Source of the DNA: Candidatus Omnitrophota bacterium
GTDB lineage: Bacteria; Omnitrophota; Gorgyraeia; JABMRN01; RBG-13-46-9
NCBI GenBank assembly: GCA_013203315.1
Contig: JABMQJ010000007.1
Location: 3,270 to 67,269, forward strand
Reading direction: 5' to 3'
DNA: 64,000 bases
Notes under the pieces: generated by a model
What the model saw: the letters and a program-made list of their open reading frames with translations, nothing else
Database searches by the model: none
What the model was told of the DNA's origin: nothing
Translations under genes and position numbers: made by a program
Shown: piece after piece, positions 28,077-38,639 of the stretch
How the letters are laid out: each line of letters begins with the position of its first letter
Position numbering within the stretch: the stretch's first letter is position 1

Positions 28077-28900
28077 CGCTTCCTCTTTATTAAAAAAGCT
28101 ACAAACCTCGATACTACCCCGAGTGAGTAACTTAAAAAATGTAGCGTGATAGGTAATAAGGCTAGACCTATTATTACGGCGAGCTTAAAGTGAAAAATAA
28201 GCATCGCGAAACTCACAGAAATCAGGATAAAAGATCCCCATATATCCGGTCTTTTAAAAACAAACGGGTAATCCAGAACCATCTGCATGTTTCCGTATCC
28301 CCACAAAAATACCTGCTTCATATGCGCGAAAGGAAAAGTGCGGCGCTTATGGTAAAGAAAGAAGTCCGGTGAATTGTAAAGGGAAAGCCCTTTAATCTTG
28401 CATTTCAAAAAGAATTCCATGTCCTCGGTGTATTTATAATCTTCATTAAAATATCCTACTTTTTCAAAAACACCTTTACGCATCATTATGTTGCATGTAG
28501 CAAAATGTTTATAATCGCAAAAAGCGGCGCGCTTGGCCTTTTTGAACTTTTTTCTGAAACCGCTGAATATGCTGGTCGAGATCAAAAAATCACTTATTCT
28601 TTCACTGATTGAGGCCTGTGGAAAAATAAGATTCGGCCCGCCCACAATATGCGCGCCGCTTCTCTCCAGGAGCTCTACGCCCATAGATACCCATTCTTTA
28701 GGCAGCACGACATCGTCATCGATGAAAGCAATTATGTTTCCCTTCGCCCTTCTGACTCCTATATTCCTCGCTTCGGCTGCCTTATAGCCCTTTACAAGGA
28801 TCACTTCATAATTGGGATACTCCTGTTTCTTTAATGACTCCTCGTAAAGAGGGTTATCCCTACCGACAGCTATTATTACGGAAACCTTCGGGTGATCCAT
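28073..28900 (-). CDS. GT2-family glycosyltransferase with C-terminal TM helices
   Basis: VSVIIAV..FIDDDV GT-A motifs. Last ~60 aa hydrophobic (SFILISVSFAMLIF..IIGLALLPITL). Confidence 0.65.
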   Translation of the reverse strand: MDHPKVSVIIAVGRDNPLYEESLKKQEYPNYEVILVKGYKAAEARNIGVRRAKGNIIAFIDDDVVLPKEWVSMGVELLERSGAHIVGGPNLIFPQASISERISDFLISTSIFSGFRKKFKKAKRAAFCDYKHFATCNIMMRKGVFEKVGYFNEDYKYTEDMEFFLKCKIKGLSLYNSPDFFLYHKRRTFPFAHMKQVFLWGYGNMQMVLDYPFVFKRPDIWGSFILISVSFAMLIFHFKLAVIIGLALLPITLHFLSYSLGVVSRFVAFLIKRKR

Positions 28901-29632
28901 TTATCTATCCCTTATTTCATCCTTCAAAAGAAGCTTTTCCAGCCATGCGTATAAAACCGTAAAAAGATATTTTCTACCCATTTCCTTGACGCTTAGTTTT
29001 GAGACACCGCTTTTTCTGCCGTACCAGTTTATGGGTATTTGAACAAACTTAAATTTTCGCGCAATCGCCTTTAAAGGGAGCTCTACAGTAATATTGAAAT
29101 ATAGCGCCTGAATAGGCTGGATTTTTCTTATAACCTTTGTCCTGTAAAATTTAAAGGCATTTGTGATGTCGTTGGCTCTGGTAAGAAATAAAACCTGTAT
29201 AAAGGTATTGGCTAATCTATTTATGAACAATTTGAGCGGTGGGTAGTCTTTTACAACGCTGCCTTTCATGAATCTTGAACCAAATACACAGTCGTATCCT
29301 TCTTCTATTTTTCGGAAACACTTCACAATGTCCCTGGGGTCATCGGAGAGGTCACCCATAACAATTCCCACAACATCACCTGTTACCTGGTTTAAACCGT
29401 CTTTTATTGCCCGTCCGAATCCGGAAGGTTTCTGACGATTAATCAGTTTAATTACCGAGTGCGTTTTCATGAGATCCGCGACGATCCCAATAGTATTGTC
29501 AGTGCTATTATCATTTACAACGATAATCTCGTATTCAATACCTTCTTTATTAAGGACAGTTATAATATCACAAATTGTCTGACCTATACAGTCTTCTTCG
29601 TTGTGTGCCGGGGTAACTATCGATAACTTCAT
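28901..29632 (-). CDS. DPM1-like GT2 polyprenyl-phosphate monosaccharide synthase
   Basis: LSIVTPAHNEE..VVNDNSTDNT..MGDLSDDP motifs. 243 aa. Confidence 0.7.
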   Translation of the reverse strand: MKLSIVTPAHNEEDCIGQTICDIITVLNKEGIEYEIIVVNDNSTDNTIGIVADLMKTHSVIKLINRQKPSGFGRAIKDGLNQVTGDVVGIVMGDLSDDPRDIVKCFRKIEEGYDCVFGSRFMKGSVVKDYPPLKLFINRLANTFIQVLFLTRANDITNAFKFYRTKVIRKIQPIQALYFNITVELPLKAIARKFKFVQIPINWYGRKSGVSKLSVKEMGRKYLFTVLYAWLEKLLLKDEIRDR

Positions 29633-29634
29633 AC

Positions 29635-30615
29635 TTACTCCTTTGCGGATGAAATAGCTTCTTCTTCACCAAACAAACTAAATAGCCCTAGCGGAATTAT
29701 AAACACATAAAAAGGTATGAGAATCCTTACCTCGCTTATGGCGCCTCCTCTTGAAAAACCGTAAAGCAAAAAAAGCGTCATGGGTATTAATGCCCTTTTC
29801 AGTATGCTGGGTTTCTTGCGAAAATTCATAAACGCCAAAAACCAATAAAAACCACATAAATATAATATAAAATAAAAATGATTATATGGGTTCGGCGATT
29901 CAAATATTTTTAATAACCCTGCCACATTAACCCGGAAATGGTGAAAATAGCCCGGTAAATCCCTGATACCGAAAATTGAAATGAGTATTGCCGAAGGAAT
30001 AAGCCATAGCAAAAAGTAAATTGCCGTCCTTCTTATTAGGACAAACCAATTTTCTTTTCCGATCTCGTTGAAGAAATAAATAAGAACAAGTGCTATCGAG
30101 GTTTCCCTGTTAAGTGAGGCCAACGGTATCAGAATAAACAAGTTCTTATGTTTCCCATCCCGAATCCACATTACTCCTAGGATAAACATTATGAGCTCCG
30201 GCATATCCGTAGGTACCGAATACCAGTTAGTAAGGGTTAAAGGCAAAGAGGCTATTAGTGACAGCGTCCCTATCATTGCCGTTTTCTGGCCAAACCATTT
30301 TCGTAGATACATATGAAAAAGCGCAAAAGCCAGAAAGTAAAAAAGGAATCTGAACAATGCATATGAGTATTCTAATGAGATATGCGAAACCTTATGAAAG
30401 AAATAGACCGTATAAGGAACTAATATGCGATGATTCATGGGAGGATTAAAGTCACCCTTCACAACACTCTCTAAGGCTTGGGTAGATCTCTCAAAAGTAA
30501 GCACCCTCCGATCAAAATCGATATATCCCATTACAAAGGTGAGAAAGAAATATATCAATAAAATCTTTACTAAATCCCTGTTATTTTCTAGGTATCTACG
30601 CATTTTGTTTAACAC
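29635..30615 (-). CDS. Polytopic membrane protein, unknown function (tandem paralog 1)
   Basis: About 9 TM helices. Shares YFFLTFV.GYIDFDRRV.TFE.ST..L......G......RILIPYTV and C-terminal NPYNH.YF.LYLCGFYW.LAFM motifs with the upstream neighbour. Confidence 0.45.
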   Translation of the reverse strand: MLNKMRRYLENNRDLVKILLIYFFLTFVMGYIDFDRRVLTFERSTQALESVVKGDFNPPMNHRILVPYTVYFFHKVSHISLEYSYALFRFLFYFLAFALFHMYLRKWFGQKTAMIGTLSLIASLPLTLTNWYSVPTDMPELIMFILGVMWIRDGKHKNLFILIPLASLNRETSIALVLIYFFNEIGKENWFVLIRRTAIYFLLWLIPSAILISIFGIRDLPGYFHHFRVNVAGLLKIFESPNPYNHFYFILYLCGFYWFLAFMNFRKKPSILKRALIPMTLFLLYGFSRGGAISEVRILIPFYVFIIPLGLFSLFGEEEAISSAKE

Positions 30616-31573
30616 GCTTTTTTCCTTCAGTGAAGAGACTCGATAATCCCAATGGTATCACAAAAACATAAAACGGCATAAATATTCTCGTCTCATTTAT
30701 AGCGCTGACTCTTATAAAAACATAAAGGAAGTAAAGTATCATAACAATAACGGACCTCTTTAGTAGCGGGTCTTTCTTATGAAAATCCATGAACGCCAGT
30801 ATCCAGTAGAAACCACATAAATAAAGCAGAAAATAATAGTGGTTGTACGGATTGGGATTCTTAAATACGTGCAGAAGCCCTGCTACGTTATGTTCCAAGG
30901 TGACAAAATTCGAAAACTTCTCAAAACCAACCATGGCAATCATGATGCCAAATGGTATTGCCCACAAAAGACCATATATAATAGTCCTCCTGATTAAAAT
31001 AAGTGGTTTTTCCCTGCCTATACCGTATAGAAAATAAAGCAGAACAAGCGCAAGCGTTGCTTCCTTGTTAAATGTCGCAATCGGTATTAATATATAAAGA
31101 AGTTTATATTGATTTTTTTTGATCCACATCATCCCAAGGATGAAGGCTATAAAGTTTGGCATATCGCTCGAGATACAATACCAGTTAGTGAGAAATAACG
31201 GCAAAGAGGCAATCACCGATAACGTACCGATCATGGCACGCTTATCGTCAAACCACATTTTGAGATATATGTGAAAAAGGATAAAGGCCAGCAAAAAGAA
31301 AATGAACCTAAAAAACGCATAACTGTATGTGAGCGGTATGTGCGTTACCTTGTGAAAAAGATCTACCGTATAGGGAATCAAAATACGCCGCCCAAGAGGA
31401 GCACCAACTTCTCCGGTAATTATGTTCTTTAACTTCTCGGTAGATTGTTCAAACGTAAACACCCGCCGGTCAAAATCTATGTACCCTATTACAAAAGTAA
31501 GGAAAAAATATACCATGAAAATCTTGAGCGTGGTTTTATTATTGTGGGAATATTCGCGTATACGGTTTAACAT
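30596..31573 (-). CDS. Polytopic membrane protein, unknown function (tandem paralog 2)
   Basis: Collinear with 29635..30615 along its whole length, overlapping it by 20 nt. Confidence 0.45.
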   Translation of the reverse strand: MLNRIREYSHNNKTTLKIFMVYFFLTFVIGYIDFDRRVFTFEQSTEKLKNIITGEVGAPLGRRILIPYTVDLFHKVTHIPLTYSYAFFRFIFFLLAFILFHIYLKMWFDDKRAMIGTLSVIASLPLFLTNWYCISSDMPNFIAFILGMMWIKKNQYKLLYILIPIATFNKEATLALVLLYFLYGIGREKPLILIRRTIIYGLLWAIPFGIMIAMVGFEKFSNFVTLEHNVAGLLHVFKNPNPYNHYYFLLYLCGFYWILAFMDFHKKDPLLKRSVIVMILYFLYVFIRVSAINETRIFMPFYVFVIPLGLSSLFTEGKKRVKQNA

Positions 31574-32856
31574 GACATCACTTCTTTTGCTTCGTTACCA
31601 AGCTTAATACGCCAAACCCATGCCGCTGCGGCCAAAAATGATAAGAATAGCGCCCGCGCCAGAACTTTATACACTATCTCGATATTTACGAAACGGCCCA
31701 CGATCTCCTGGATAGTGGGTAAGCTTGAAAAATATACCGGATTAAGCGGGGCGAACAAGCCCAATTGCAGGTCTCTCTGATACAACCACTGGAATCCTAG
31801 CATTGCTATTATCGCAAACACCAATATACCAAACTTCTTATAGTACGGGATGATCAAGGCTAAAAGTGGTGTTATAAAAATGAAATATCTGAATCGTATC
31901 GGTAATGCCGCATAACTTATAAACATCACGGTTATGAAATAGTATAAAAGTTTTCCGGCCGGGTTTGTTTGGCGGGAGTCTTTTACGGCGTTTATGCAAA
32001 GCAAAGAAAACAAAACCATAAATATACCTCTTAGTACCCATTTTGTGATGCCGGAGTATTGTACGTGTGACAACATAAAAATACCAAAAACCGCATCTCC
32101 GGAAGATAGATAAAACGGCACATATGGTAAGATTGCAGCTACAGTCGCTACCAACAGAAGTAAAAATCTTTTTCGCCAATTATCGCCTAAAAGTAGACAC
32201 GCGGGCAATATCAAAATATACGGGAATAATACCGTACCCCCGCCCAAGCCTAAAAGAATAACGCAAAAAAACGGCTTTTTCTTCCAGGCCGCATATAAGG
32301 CAGCTGCTATAAAAAACGTAGGGATTAAATACGCGCCGCCTACCATATATACGCTATGTAAAACTACGATGTTAAGCATCCAGAGTTTATAGGTATCTAT
32401 TGCAAATTTTTGTGACGTTGCTAATTTGAGCAAAATTCCGCCTATCAAAAAATCGAAAATAAGATATGGGATCTTCATTATAAATAAATTCTTAACTAGT
32501 CCGAGATTTGCAAAGGCGTGTACATAATCAACTGTAGTAAAATGCTTCCCCATCATTGTACCCGAAAGCTCTAACATCGCGATAAGCGAAGCGGGATTAG
32601 ACAATTTTATAATTATAAAGTCTGTGATAGACATGATGAAAAATAAAACGGGACCGTAGTATGTAAAATTAAAATGTGAAAAATTGGTAGCGATCAAAGC
32701 ATATGGATCCCAAATACCCTCTGTTATGAACTTCATCGGGAAATAATTTAAAAAGAGTAGATCCTGGCCATGCATGGTAAACGGTACTAAGGTTAGCCTG
32801 AGCGACAAACCGATGCATGTCCATAAAGCGATCTGTATGTAGTATTTTTTTACCAT
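31567..32856 (-). CDS. Polytopic membrane protein, unknown function (candidate GT-C / Wzy-like)
   Basis: 429 aa, at least 10 hydrophobic helices, no soluble domain. Confidence 0.35.
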   Translation of the reverse strand: MVKKYYIQIALWTCIGLSLRLTLVPFTMHGQDLLFLNYFPMKFITEGIWDPYALIATNFSHFNFTYYGPVLFFIMSITDFIIIKLSNPASLIAMLELSGTMMGKHFTTVDYVHAFANLGLVKNLFIMKIPYLIFDFLIGGILLKLATSQKFAIDTYKLWMLNIVVLHSVYMVGGAYLIPTFFIAAALYAAWKKKPFFCVILLGLGGGTVLFPYILILPACLLLGDNWRKRFLLLLVATVAAILPYVPFYLSSGDAVFGIFMLSHVQYSGITKWVLRGIFMVLFSLLCINAVKDSRQTNPAGKLLYYFITVMFISYAALPIRFRYFIFITPLLALIIPYYKKFGILVFAIIAMLGFQWLYQRDLQLGLFAPLNPVYFSSLPTIQEIVGRFVNIEIVYKVLARALFLSFLAAAAWVWRIKLGNEAKEVMSC

Positions 32857-32866
32857 TTTGTTTCAG

Positions 32867-34711
32867 TTAAAAGTCTTTAATCAATTTTCTTACGCGCTCC
32901 CGGCATTTGCCGTCAAGCTTGTAGACAAAATCGTTAACAAAATCCTTCCTTGCTAATTCCATGCTTTTCTTTACTTCCTTGTCATGCAGGGCCTTTTCAA
33001 TGGCATTTTTTATGTCGTCGCCCTTGTAAACGCCAAGGGCTACCCCGTTTTCCGTAAAAGGCAGCAAGCTCGGTCTTTTGCCTAAATTAATCGCAACAAC
33101 CGGTTTTTGCATAATCACTGCCTCGAGCCCCACTGTCGAATCAGGCGTCATTACTACGTCTGATGCCGCTATTAGCTTATGTAAATTTGTTTTGTGGACA
33201 AAGATTACGTAGTTCTTATCTTCTTTCTTAAATAACTCCATAAAAGCGCGGATATTCTGGTTTGGATGAAGCTTAACAACCAAATTCATCTCACCGATTG
33301 ATTTGACTGCTTTAATAGCGTGTTTTATCAGATTATAAGATACATCATCGGTTTCAAAAGAGGAAAACCTATGCACTTCCGTACAAGGTGTTATAAGCGT
33401 CGAAAGATATTTCTTTCTGCTAAGTTTAAGCGCGTTCTGAATGTACTTATTTTTGTCGAGACGCATGGGTTTGGTTAGTGCGTCAAAGCTCGGGTTTCCT
33501 ATTGCTTCGGTTTTAGAGGGGCCGTTGTCAAATTTTTCGTACCAAGATACGGCACGATTTCCCCATACCGCAATCTTATCTGCGAGAATAACATTGTGTC
33601 CATTGGGTTCGGCAAGTATGCCGTGTTGAATAACCAGCGTCGGAATGTCGTTTTTCTTTGATACCGATACAAGGGTTTTTTCAAGTTCTCTTATGTCATT
33701 CCTAAGTATAGTAGCCTTTATATTATAGGCGTTCTCGACCATAAGAAAAGTGTCGATATTTCTTCTGAATCTTACAAAGTCATGGAATATTAAAGTTATT
33801 ATTTTATCCTCTACCAACGCCCAGTAATTTACGCCGTCCAAAAAAAACAGTTTTGCCAGAGACTGAGTGTCAAAATCTTTAAACTCCACCGGTGGAACCG
33901 CTAATCTTTTTCGTTCTGATTCACCCATGCGAAATGAAATATAGCCACGGTTTTTAAAAAGACACTTCAGCCTTAACCTCATCCCTTCTTCTATCGGGGC
34001 TAAAATGAACCCTTTCTTTTCCTTTATGCCAAGTTCGCCATACAACCTCGCATCAATAAGTTTTATCGGGCCTTTTTTTCTGATAAAATATCCCGCAAGT
34101 TTATCAAGGACATTTGAAATGGATTCGGATATTTGCATTTTTACAAAGTTTCTGACTGAACTTTGTTTTTGAATTTTGACAAGATCGGCCCGGATGTGAT
34201 AATGTGCGCTTAGGAAGCTATCAAAACCGTTAAGCTCGCCGGTTGAGTCCATGATAAAAAATGCCTTATAATTTTCTTTCTTCATCGCCCTTTCGAACAC
34301 CAGAGAGGCCTTTACCTTTAAAAGCAAAAACAGTTGAAGATCATAATCTGCAAATCTCGCCAATTCGACACCGCGATACGTGAATAATTCTCGGTATTCG
34401 CCAGAGACGGCCTTATCCCAGTTTTGCGAAACTTCATTGAAAACGTGATGGTCTATTCCGGTGTAATCTTCATCGGCTAGATAGTCTTCTGAAACCTTAA
34501 CATAATCCGAAAAACCGGCAAATTCTTCGGGGATACGTGCTTTGAAACATAAAATTTCCGTATTATTTCCGAAGTGATCCAAATTATCTTCTATTGCCGC
34601 GGCAAATTCGCCTATCTTGTCGAAGCCATTTATGACCAGGACCTTTTTTTGCGAAGAATTTTGCGCCAAAAATTTCTTTAGCTTACTTTTTAAAAATATT
34701 AAATCCTGCAT
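32867..34711 (-). CDS. Soluble GT-B-like transferase of the Capsule_synth (KpsS/KpsC) / TagF-like class: candidate nonulosonic-acid or glycerophosphate transferase
   Basis: C-terminal region VVKLHPNQN..LIAASDVVMTPDSTVGLEAVIMQKPVVAINL resembles the HP motif and donor-binding half of capsule Kdo-transferase/TagF-type enzymes. No TM segments. Confidence 0.4.
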   Translation of the reverse strand: MQDLIFLKSKLKKFLAQNSSQKKVLVINGFDKIGEFAAAIEDNLDHFGNNTEILCFKARIPEEFAGFSDYVKVSEDYLADEDYTGIDHHVFNEVSQNWDKAVSGEYRELFTYRGVELARFADYDLQLFLLLKVKASLVFERAMKKENYKAFFIMDSTGELNGFDSFLSAHYHIRADLVKIQKQSSVRNFVKMQISESISNVLDKLAGYFIRKKGPIKLIDARLYGELGIKEKKGFILAPIEEGMRLRLKCLFKNRGYISFRMGESERKRLAVPPVEFKDFDTQSLAKLFFLDGVNYWALVEDKIITLIFHDFVRFRRNIDTFLMVENAYNIKATILRNDIRELEKTLVSVSKKNDIPTLVIQHGILAEPNGHNVILADKIAVWGNRAVSWYEKFDNGPSKTEAIGNPSFDALTKPMRLDKNKYIQNALKLSRKKYLSTLITPCTEVHRFSSFETDDVSYNLIKHAIKAVKSIGEMNLVVKLHPNQNIRAFMELFKKEDKNYVIFVHKTNLHKLIAASDVVMTPDSTVGLEAVIMQKPVVAINLGKRPSLLPFTENGVALGVYKGDDIKNAIEKALHDKEVKKSMELARKDFVNDFVYKLDGKCRERVRKLIKDF

Positions 34712-36185
34712 TTTTTACCCGATTGTATAAATCCATTTTTTTATTTACATGCATCAAAAGCGGAAATGTCAGCGCTAAAAAAATGAGCATTTGCCATATC
34801 GCCCTTCCGATATCCGACGGCAAATCTTTGAAGCCACCGTAAAACATGCGGCCTACGACATAGAAAGCAAAAATGCTCCATATGATCGGCGCATTGAGGT
34901 TTATGAAAAAAGTTATTCTCTTATAGAGATTAGGTATGTGATATTTTACGGCGTATCCTATTGTAAAACTGCTGTATAAGAAATAGGTGACTGCTGTGCC
35001 AAGGGCTATTCCCCTGATCCCTAGATTAAATACCTTCACAAACAAGAGATTTAGCCCTGCGCTGATAGCAATACATAATACGCCAATTATCAGGATCAGG
35101 TGTTGTTTCTTCAGGGCAATTAAGAGATACCTTGACATGTACCCTATCGATATAAAAAAGGTGCCAAAGAGCAGTATCGACGCAGCCGTGATCCCATTTG
35201 TATATTTCGGCAGCACATAATTTACGAAAACAGGCATTGTTATTGCCGCTAATCCTATTATAACGGGGAATAAATACGCGAACGCGAGCGTTGGTTTTTC
35301 GACATAGTTCTTTATTTTGCTGACATCGTCTTTTGAGTCGCCAAAGGCTTCGTAAAAACGCGGAAACAAAACAACGTAAATCAAATTAGGTAGCTGAAAA
35401 AGGAAAGAGTGCACCATAATGGCAATGCTGTAATACCCCAGGTCGTTCTTCGTGAGAAGAGATAATATCATGATCCGATCTATGTTCCTTAGGGCCATAA
35501 AAGTAAAGCCTCCCAAGAATATAGGAAAGCCTATGGCTAAAAGCATTTTAAGGGTCTTGGCGGATATTTTAAACGTTATCCTGAACCGCACCTTAGTCTT
35601 TTTGAATAGATACAGAAGCCCCACCGTAAGGCTTAAGATCGTCGCCCAGAGGACTCCTATTACTCCGAATTTTATACCCAATAAGGCCTTAAAAAGAACA
35701 TCACATAGGGCCAGGATAATAATGTATTTGCTCAGAACCCCGAACAAGTGGTGGGTCCGAGCCAGGGTAACGTAAAAAGTATTCATGGACTGTATAACCA
35801 CCAGTGCGGCAATTACCTTTATCCCGATAGACATCACCGGCGTTAGCGTGTTCCTGAAAACGTAGGATATAACCAGTATAATTAAAGCTGAAGCGAGCGC
35901 GGTAAAAAGACCAAAGCTTATGCCCACATTTTTTGCTTCTTCCACCTTTTTGGTTTCTTTTTTTCCGTTATAATACGGTATTTGCCTATCCAGGGAATCG
36001 TATATACCCACGTGGCTATATTTGGCGTACTCAAAGATCAGCAATAATTCCAGATACACGCCCATAAAAAAAGAATCCAGCACCTTGCGGACAATGGTTG
36101 CGCTTATAAATGAGCAAAAACTCGATATATAACCGCTTATGCTAAATCTGGTTGCGTCTTTTAATATCTCTTTGGATTTACTCAA
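34683..36185 (-). CDS. MOP-superfamily polysaccharide flippase (Wzx-like)
   Basis: 500 aa, about 12-14 TM helices, Polysacc_synt-like arrangement. Confidence 0.6.
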   Translation of the reverse strand: MSKSKEILKDATRFSISGYISSFCSFISATIVRKVLDSFFMGVYLELLLIFEYAKYSHVGIYDSLDRQIPYYNGKKETKKVEEAKNVGISFGLFTALASALIILVISYVFRNTLTPVMSIGIKVIAALVVIQSMNTFYVTLARTHHLFGVLSKYIIILALCDVLFKALLGIKFGVIGVLWATILSLTVGLLYLFKKTKVRFRITFKISAKTLKMLLAIGFPIFLGGFTFMALRNIDRIMILSLLTKNDLGYYSIAIMVHSFLFQLPNLIYVVLFPRFYEAFGDSKDDVSKIKNYVEKPTLAFAYLFPVIIGLAAITMPVFVNYVLPKYTNGITAASILLFGTFFISIGYMSRYLLIALKKQHLILIIGVLCIAISAGLNLLFVKVFNLGIRGIALGTAVTYFLYSSFTIGYAVKYHIPNLYKRITFFINLNAPIIWSIFAFYVVGRMFYGGFKDLPSDIGRAIWQMLIFLALTFPLLMHVNKKMDLYNRVKNAGFNIFKK

Positions 36186-37608
36186 CGCCTATTTTCTCCT
36201 TCACCTTGCCTAATGACCAGCCAAAGGTCTTCATTGCGCCCTCGGCTTTTATTCGTTTTTTAAGGTCTTCGAATATCCTTTTTGATTCTTCGGTCGCAAT
36301 TTCAATCCTGGAACGCAGGCTAAAGTTTTCTCTTATTTTCGCTTCCGCTCTTTCTTTCAAACTCTTAAGCTCCTTATCGGACATCGTGGTTAAATTCACC
36401 AGAAGCGTGTTATACATCTCGCCTAGCGAGCTTACATATTTATTTTCGTCATCCGGTATTTTCCGCATTTCTTTCGCCATCTCATAAAGCGGGGTATTGG
36501 GATAAGGCGTTGTGTAGAAAAACCGGTGAAGCGTTAGGCCCGTTCTTTTTATAAACTCTACGGTTTCATTAACACTTTCCTCGGTTTCGCCGATCATTCC
36601 TATCATGAAAGAGCCCTCTATGCCGATACCCGCTTTTCTTGTAAATTCCACCGCTTTTTCCGCCTGTTCTACTCTTACCCCTTTCTTTATGCTATCCAGC
36701 ATTCTTTGGCTCCCCGACTCAAATCCATAGCTTAAAGCCTCGCAGCCCGCTTTTTTCATCTTTTTAAGTAAGTTCAGATCCACCAGATTTACTCTTGCTG
36801 AAGCGCCCCAGCCGATTTTAAGTTTTTCTTTTATCAGGGCATCGCAAAACTCCTCTACCCAGGACCTGTCGATCGTAAAGAGGTCGTCGGTAAAGCCTAT
36901 GAACTCTATATTATAACACCGTTTAAGCTCTTTTATTTCGGCGACAATGCTTGCCGGTGAGCGTTTATATACACGGGGACCAAAGGGCCTGGAGCAATAG
37001 ATGCATTGAAACGGGCACCCCCGCACCGTGGAGATATTCATGCTTCTTCTACCGTATTCAGTGTGGATCGGATTATTAATATAAGTTTCCATTTGAAAAA
37101 GATCCCAAGCCGGAAAGGGAATTCTGTCCAGGTCTTTTATTCTCTCTCTGGGAGCCGTAGAGACAATCCGATTTCCTTTCTTAAAAACTATTCCTTTGAC
37201 GCTATCTATTTCAGGAAAATCTTTTATTCTTTGCATTAGCTCTCTTATTGTTTCTTCGCCCTCGTCAATCACGCATATATCAATCTGTGAATGACGCAGC
37301 AATAACTCCGGAGATGAGGTTGAAACCATGTTGCCCGCGATCATCATGACATTCGGTTTTACTTTTTTTGCAATGTTGGAAAACTTTTTTACAAAGTCAT
37401 AAGTTGTAGTTAACCCACCGATACCTATGGCATCACAATCTACTGTTTCAAGCTCCCTCTCAATGGCTTCGTATGGCTTCTTGCTCACGTTGAAATCCAT
37501 TAAAGACACGTTGTGACCTTCCTGCCTCAGCACGCTTGCGACATATCCCAGTCCCAGAGGAATAAGGGAAGGCGTTCTGCACGGCGGATTAACCAAGAGA
37601 ATATGCAC
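36178..37608 (-). CDS. B12-binding domain radical SAM enzyme
   Basis: LIPLGLGYVASVLRQEGHNVSLMD N-terminus and TVRGCPFQCIYC motif. Confidence 0.75.
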   Translation of the reverse strand: MHILLVNPPCRTPSLIPLGLGYVASVLRQEGHNVSLMDFNVSKKPYEAIERELETVDCDAIGIGGLTTTYDFVKKFSNIAKKVKPNVMMIAGNMVSTSSPELLLRHSQIDICVIDEGEETIRELMQRIKDFPEIDSVKGIVFKKGNRIVSTAPRERIKDLDRIPFPAWDLFQMETYINNPIHTEYGRRSMNISTVRGCPFQCIYCSRPFGPRVYKRSPASIVAEIKELKRCYNIEFIGFTDDLFTIDRSWVEEFCDALIKEKLKIGWGASARVNLVDLNLLKKMKKAGCEALSYGFESGSQRMLDSIKKGVRVEQAEKAVEFTRKAGIGIEGSFMIGMIGETEESVNETVEFIKRTGLTLHRFFYTTPYPNTPLYEMAKEMRKIPDDENKYVSSLGEMYNTLLVNLTTMSDKELKSLKERAEAKIRENFSLRSRIEIATEESKRIFEDLKKRIKAEGAMKTFGWSLGKVKEKIGVE

Positions 37609-37621
37609 ATTTACCTCTTTT

Positions 37622-38638
37622 TCATTTAATCAAACTTAATTTAAGGGGACTGCCTTTTGCAATGGACTTCGTTGCTCTTTTGTTTAATATGGATTTTAAA
37701 TGCTTGGGCGGCAGCCCGAATCCGGGCCTGACAGACCTCACATTTTCGTGTGTAAAAATCTCTCCTTTTTTTATGCTTTTAGCTGCGAAGAGAGAGCGCC
37801 TGAAAATAAGATTCTTCTTTTCCTCTTCTGATAGACCGCTATGCGTATCCCCTATCGCCTCTTCAACGATCCTTATGTCATCTACGAGTTCTTTGAGTTC
37901 CTGCGGTTCGATAGAGAAAAAACTGTCCGGAGTTTTAATTTTTCGCGATAATGTAAAATGTTTCTCGATAACTTCCGCCCCGAGGGCAACGGCTGCTATT
38001 GACACGCCTATCCCCATCGTATGATCCGAAAGCCCCACAGGGCACTTAAATGTCTTTTTCATGCGCGAAATACCTTTTAAGTTCATTTGAGTCGGTTTGG
38101 CCGGATAGCTACTTACGCATTTCAGTAAAGTTATGTTCTTTGCGCCCGCGGATTTGGCTGTTCGGACAGCGTCATTTATCTCTGAATCGGTTGCCAATCC
38201 GGTCGATAGGATGAGGGGTTTTTTTGTTCTGGCCGCATGTTCAACAAGAGGCAAATCCACTAATTCAAAGGAAGCGACCTTGTGAATGGGCACATTGAGT
38301 TCCTCTAAAAAATCAACACTTGTTTTATCAAACGCTGTCGAAAAAAATAGTATATCTTCTTCCTCGGCAACTTTTTTTAGTTTTTTAAACCAGCTCCATG
38401 GCGTATATGCCTTCTTATATAATTGATACAGCGTTCGCTTGCCCCATTTGGGGTGTTTTACCTGGAAGTACTTGTTGTCTACATTTAGGGTTAGCGTATT
38501 GGCTGTGTAGGTTTGAAATTTTATCGCGTCGGCACCGCATGCTTTTGCTTTTCTTATCATGGAAACAGCTTTTTTAAAATCCTGGCCGTGGTTGGCCGAA
38601 ACCTCCGCAATAATAAAAACTCTTTTGGATTTAGGCAT
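37622..38638 (-). CDS. pseI: Pseudaminic acid synthase (NeuB family)
   Basis: VFIIAEVSANHGQD..AKACGADAIKFQTYT..LKCVSSYP..GLSDHT..EKHFTL, plus a C-terminal SAF domain (RSLFAAKSIKKGEIFTHENVRSVRP). Collinear with Campylobacter PseI. Confidence 0.8.
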   Translation of the reverse strand: MPKSKRVFIIAEVSANHGQDFKKAVSMIRKAKACGADAIKFQTYTANTLTLNVDNKYFQVKHPKWGKRTLYQLYKKAYTPWSWFKKLKKVAEEEDILFFSTAFDKTSVDFLEELNVPIHKVASFELVDLPLVEHAARTKKPLILSTGLATDSEINDAVRTAKSAGAKNITLLKCVSSYPAKPTQMNLKGISRMKKTFKCPVGLSDHTMGIGVSIAAVALGAEVIEKHFTLSRKIKTPDSFFSIEPQELKELVDDIRIVEEAIGDTHSGLSEEEKKNLIFRRSLFAAKSIKKGEIFTHENVRSVRPGFGLPPKHLKSILNKRATKSIAKGSPLKLSLIK

Positions 38639-38639
38639 T

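Noticed and set aside
32867-34711. Firm call of this ORF as a TagF CDP-glycerol glycerophosphotransferase
   Set aside because: The HP-containing motif is present, but I could not find the TagF-type PTWR-like motif. A Capsule_synth/KpsS-like assignment fits the context (CMP-nonulosonate pathway) at least as well, so it is left as a family-level call.
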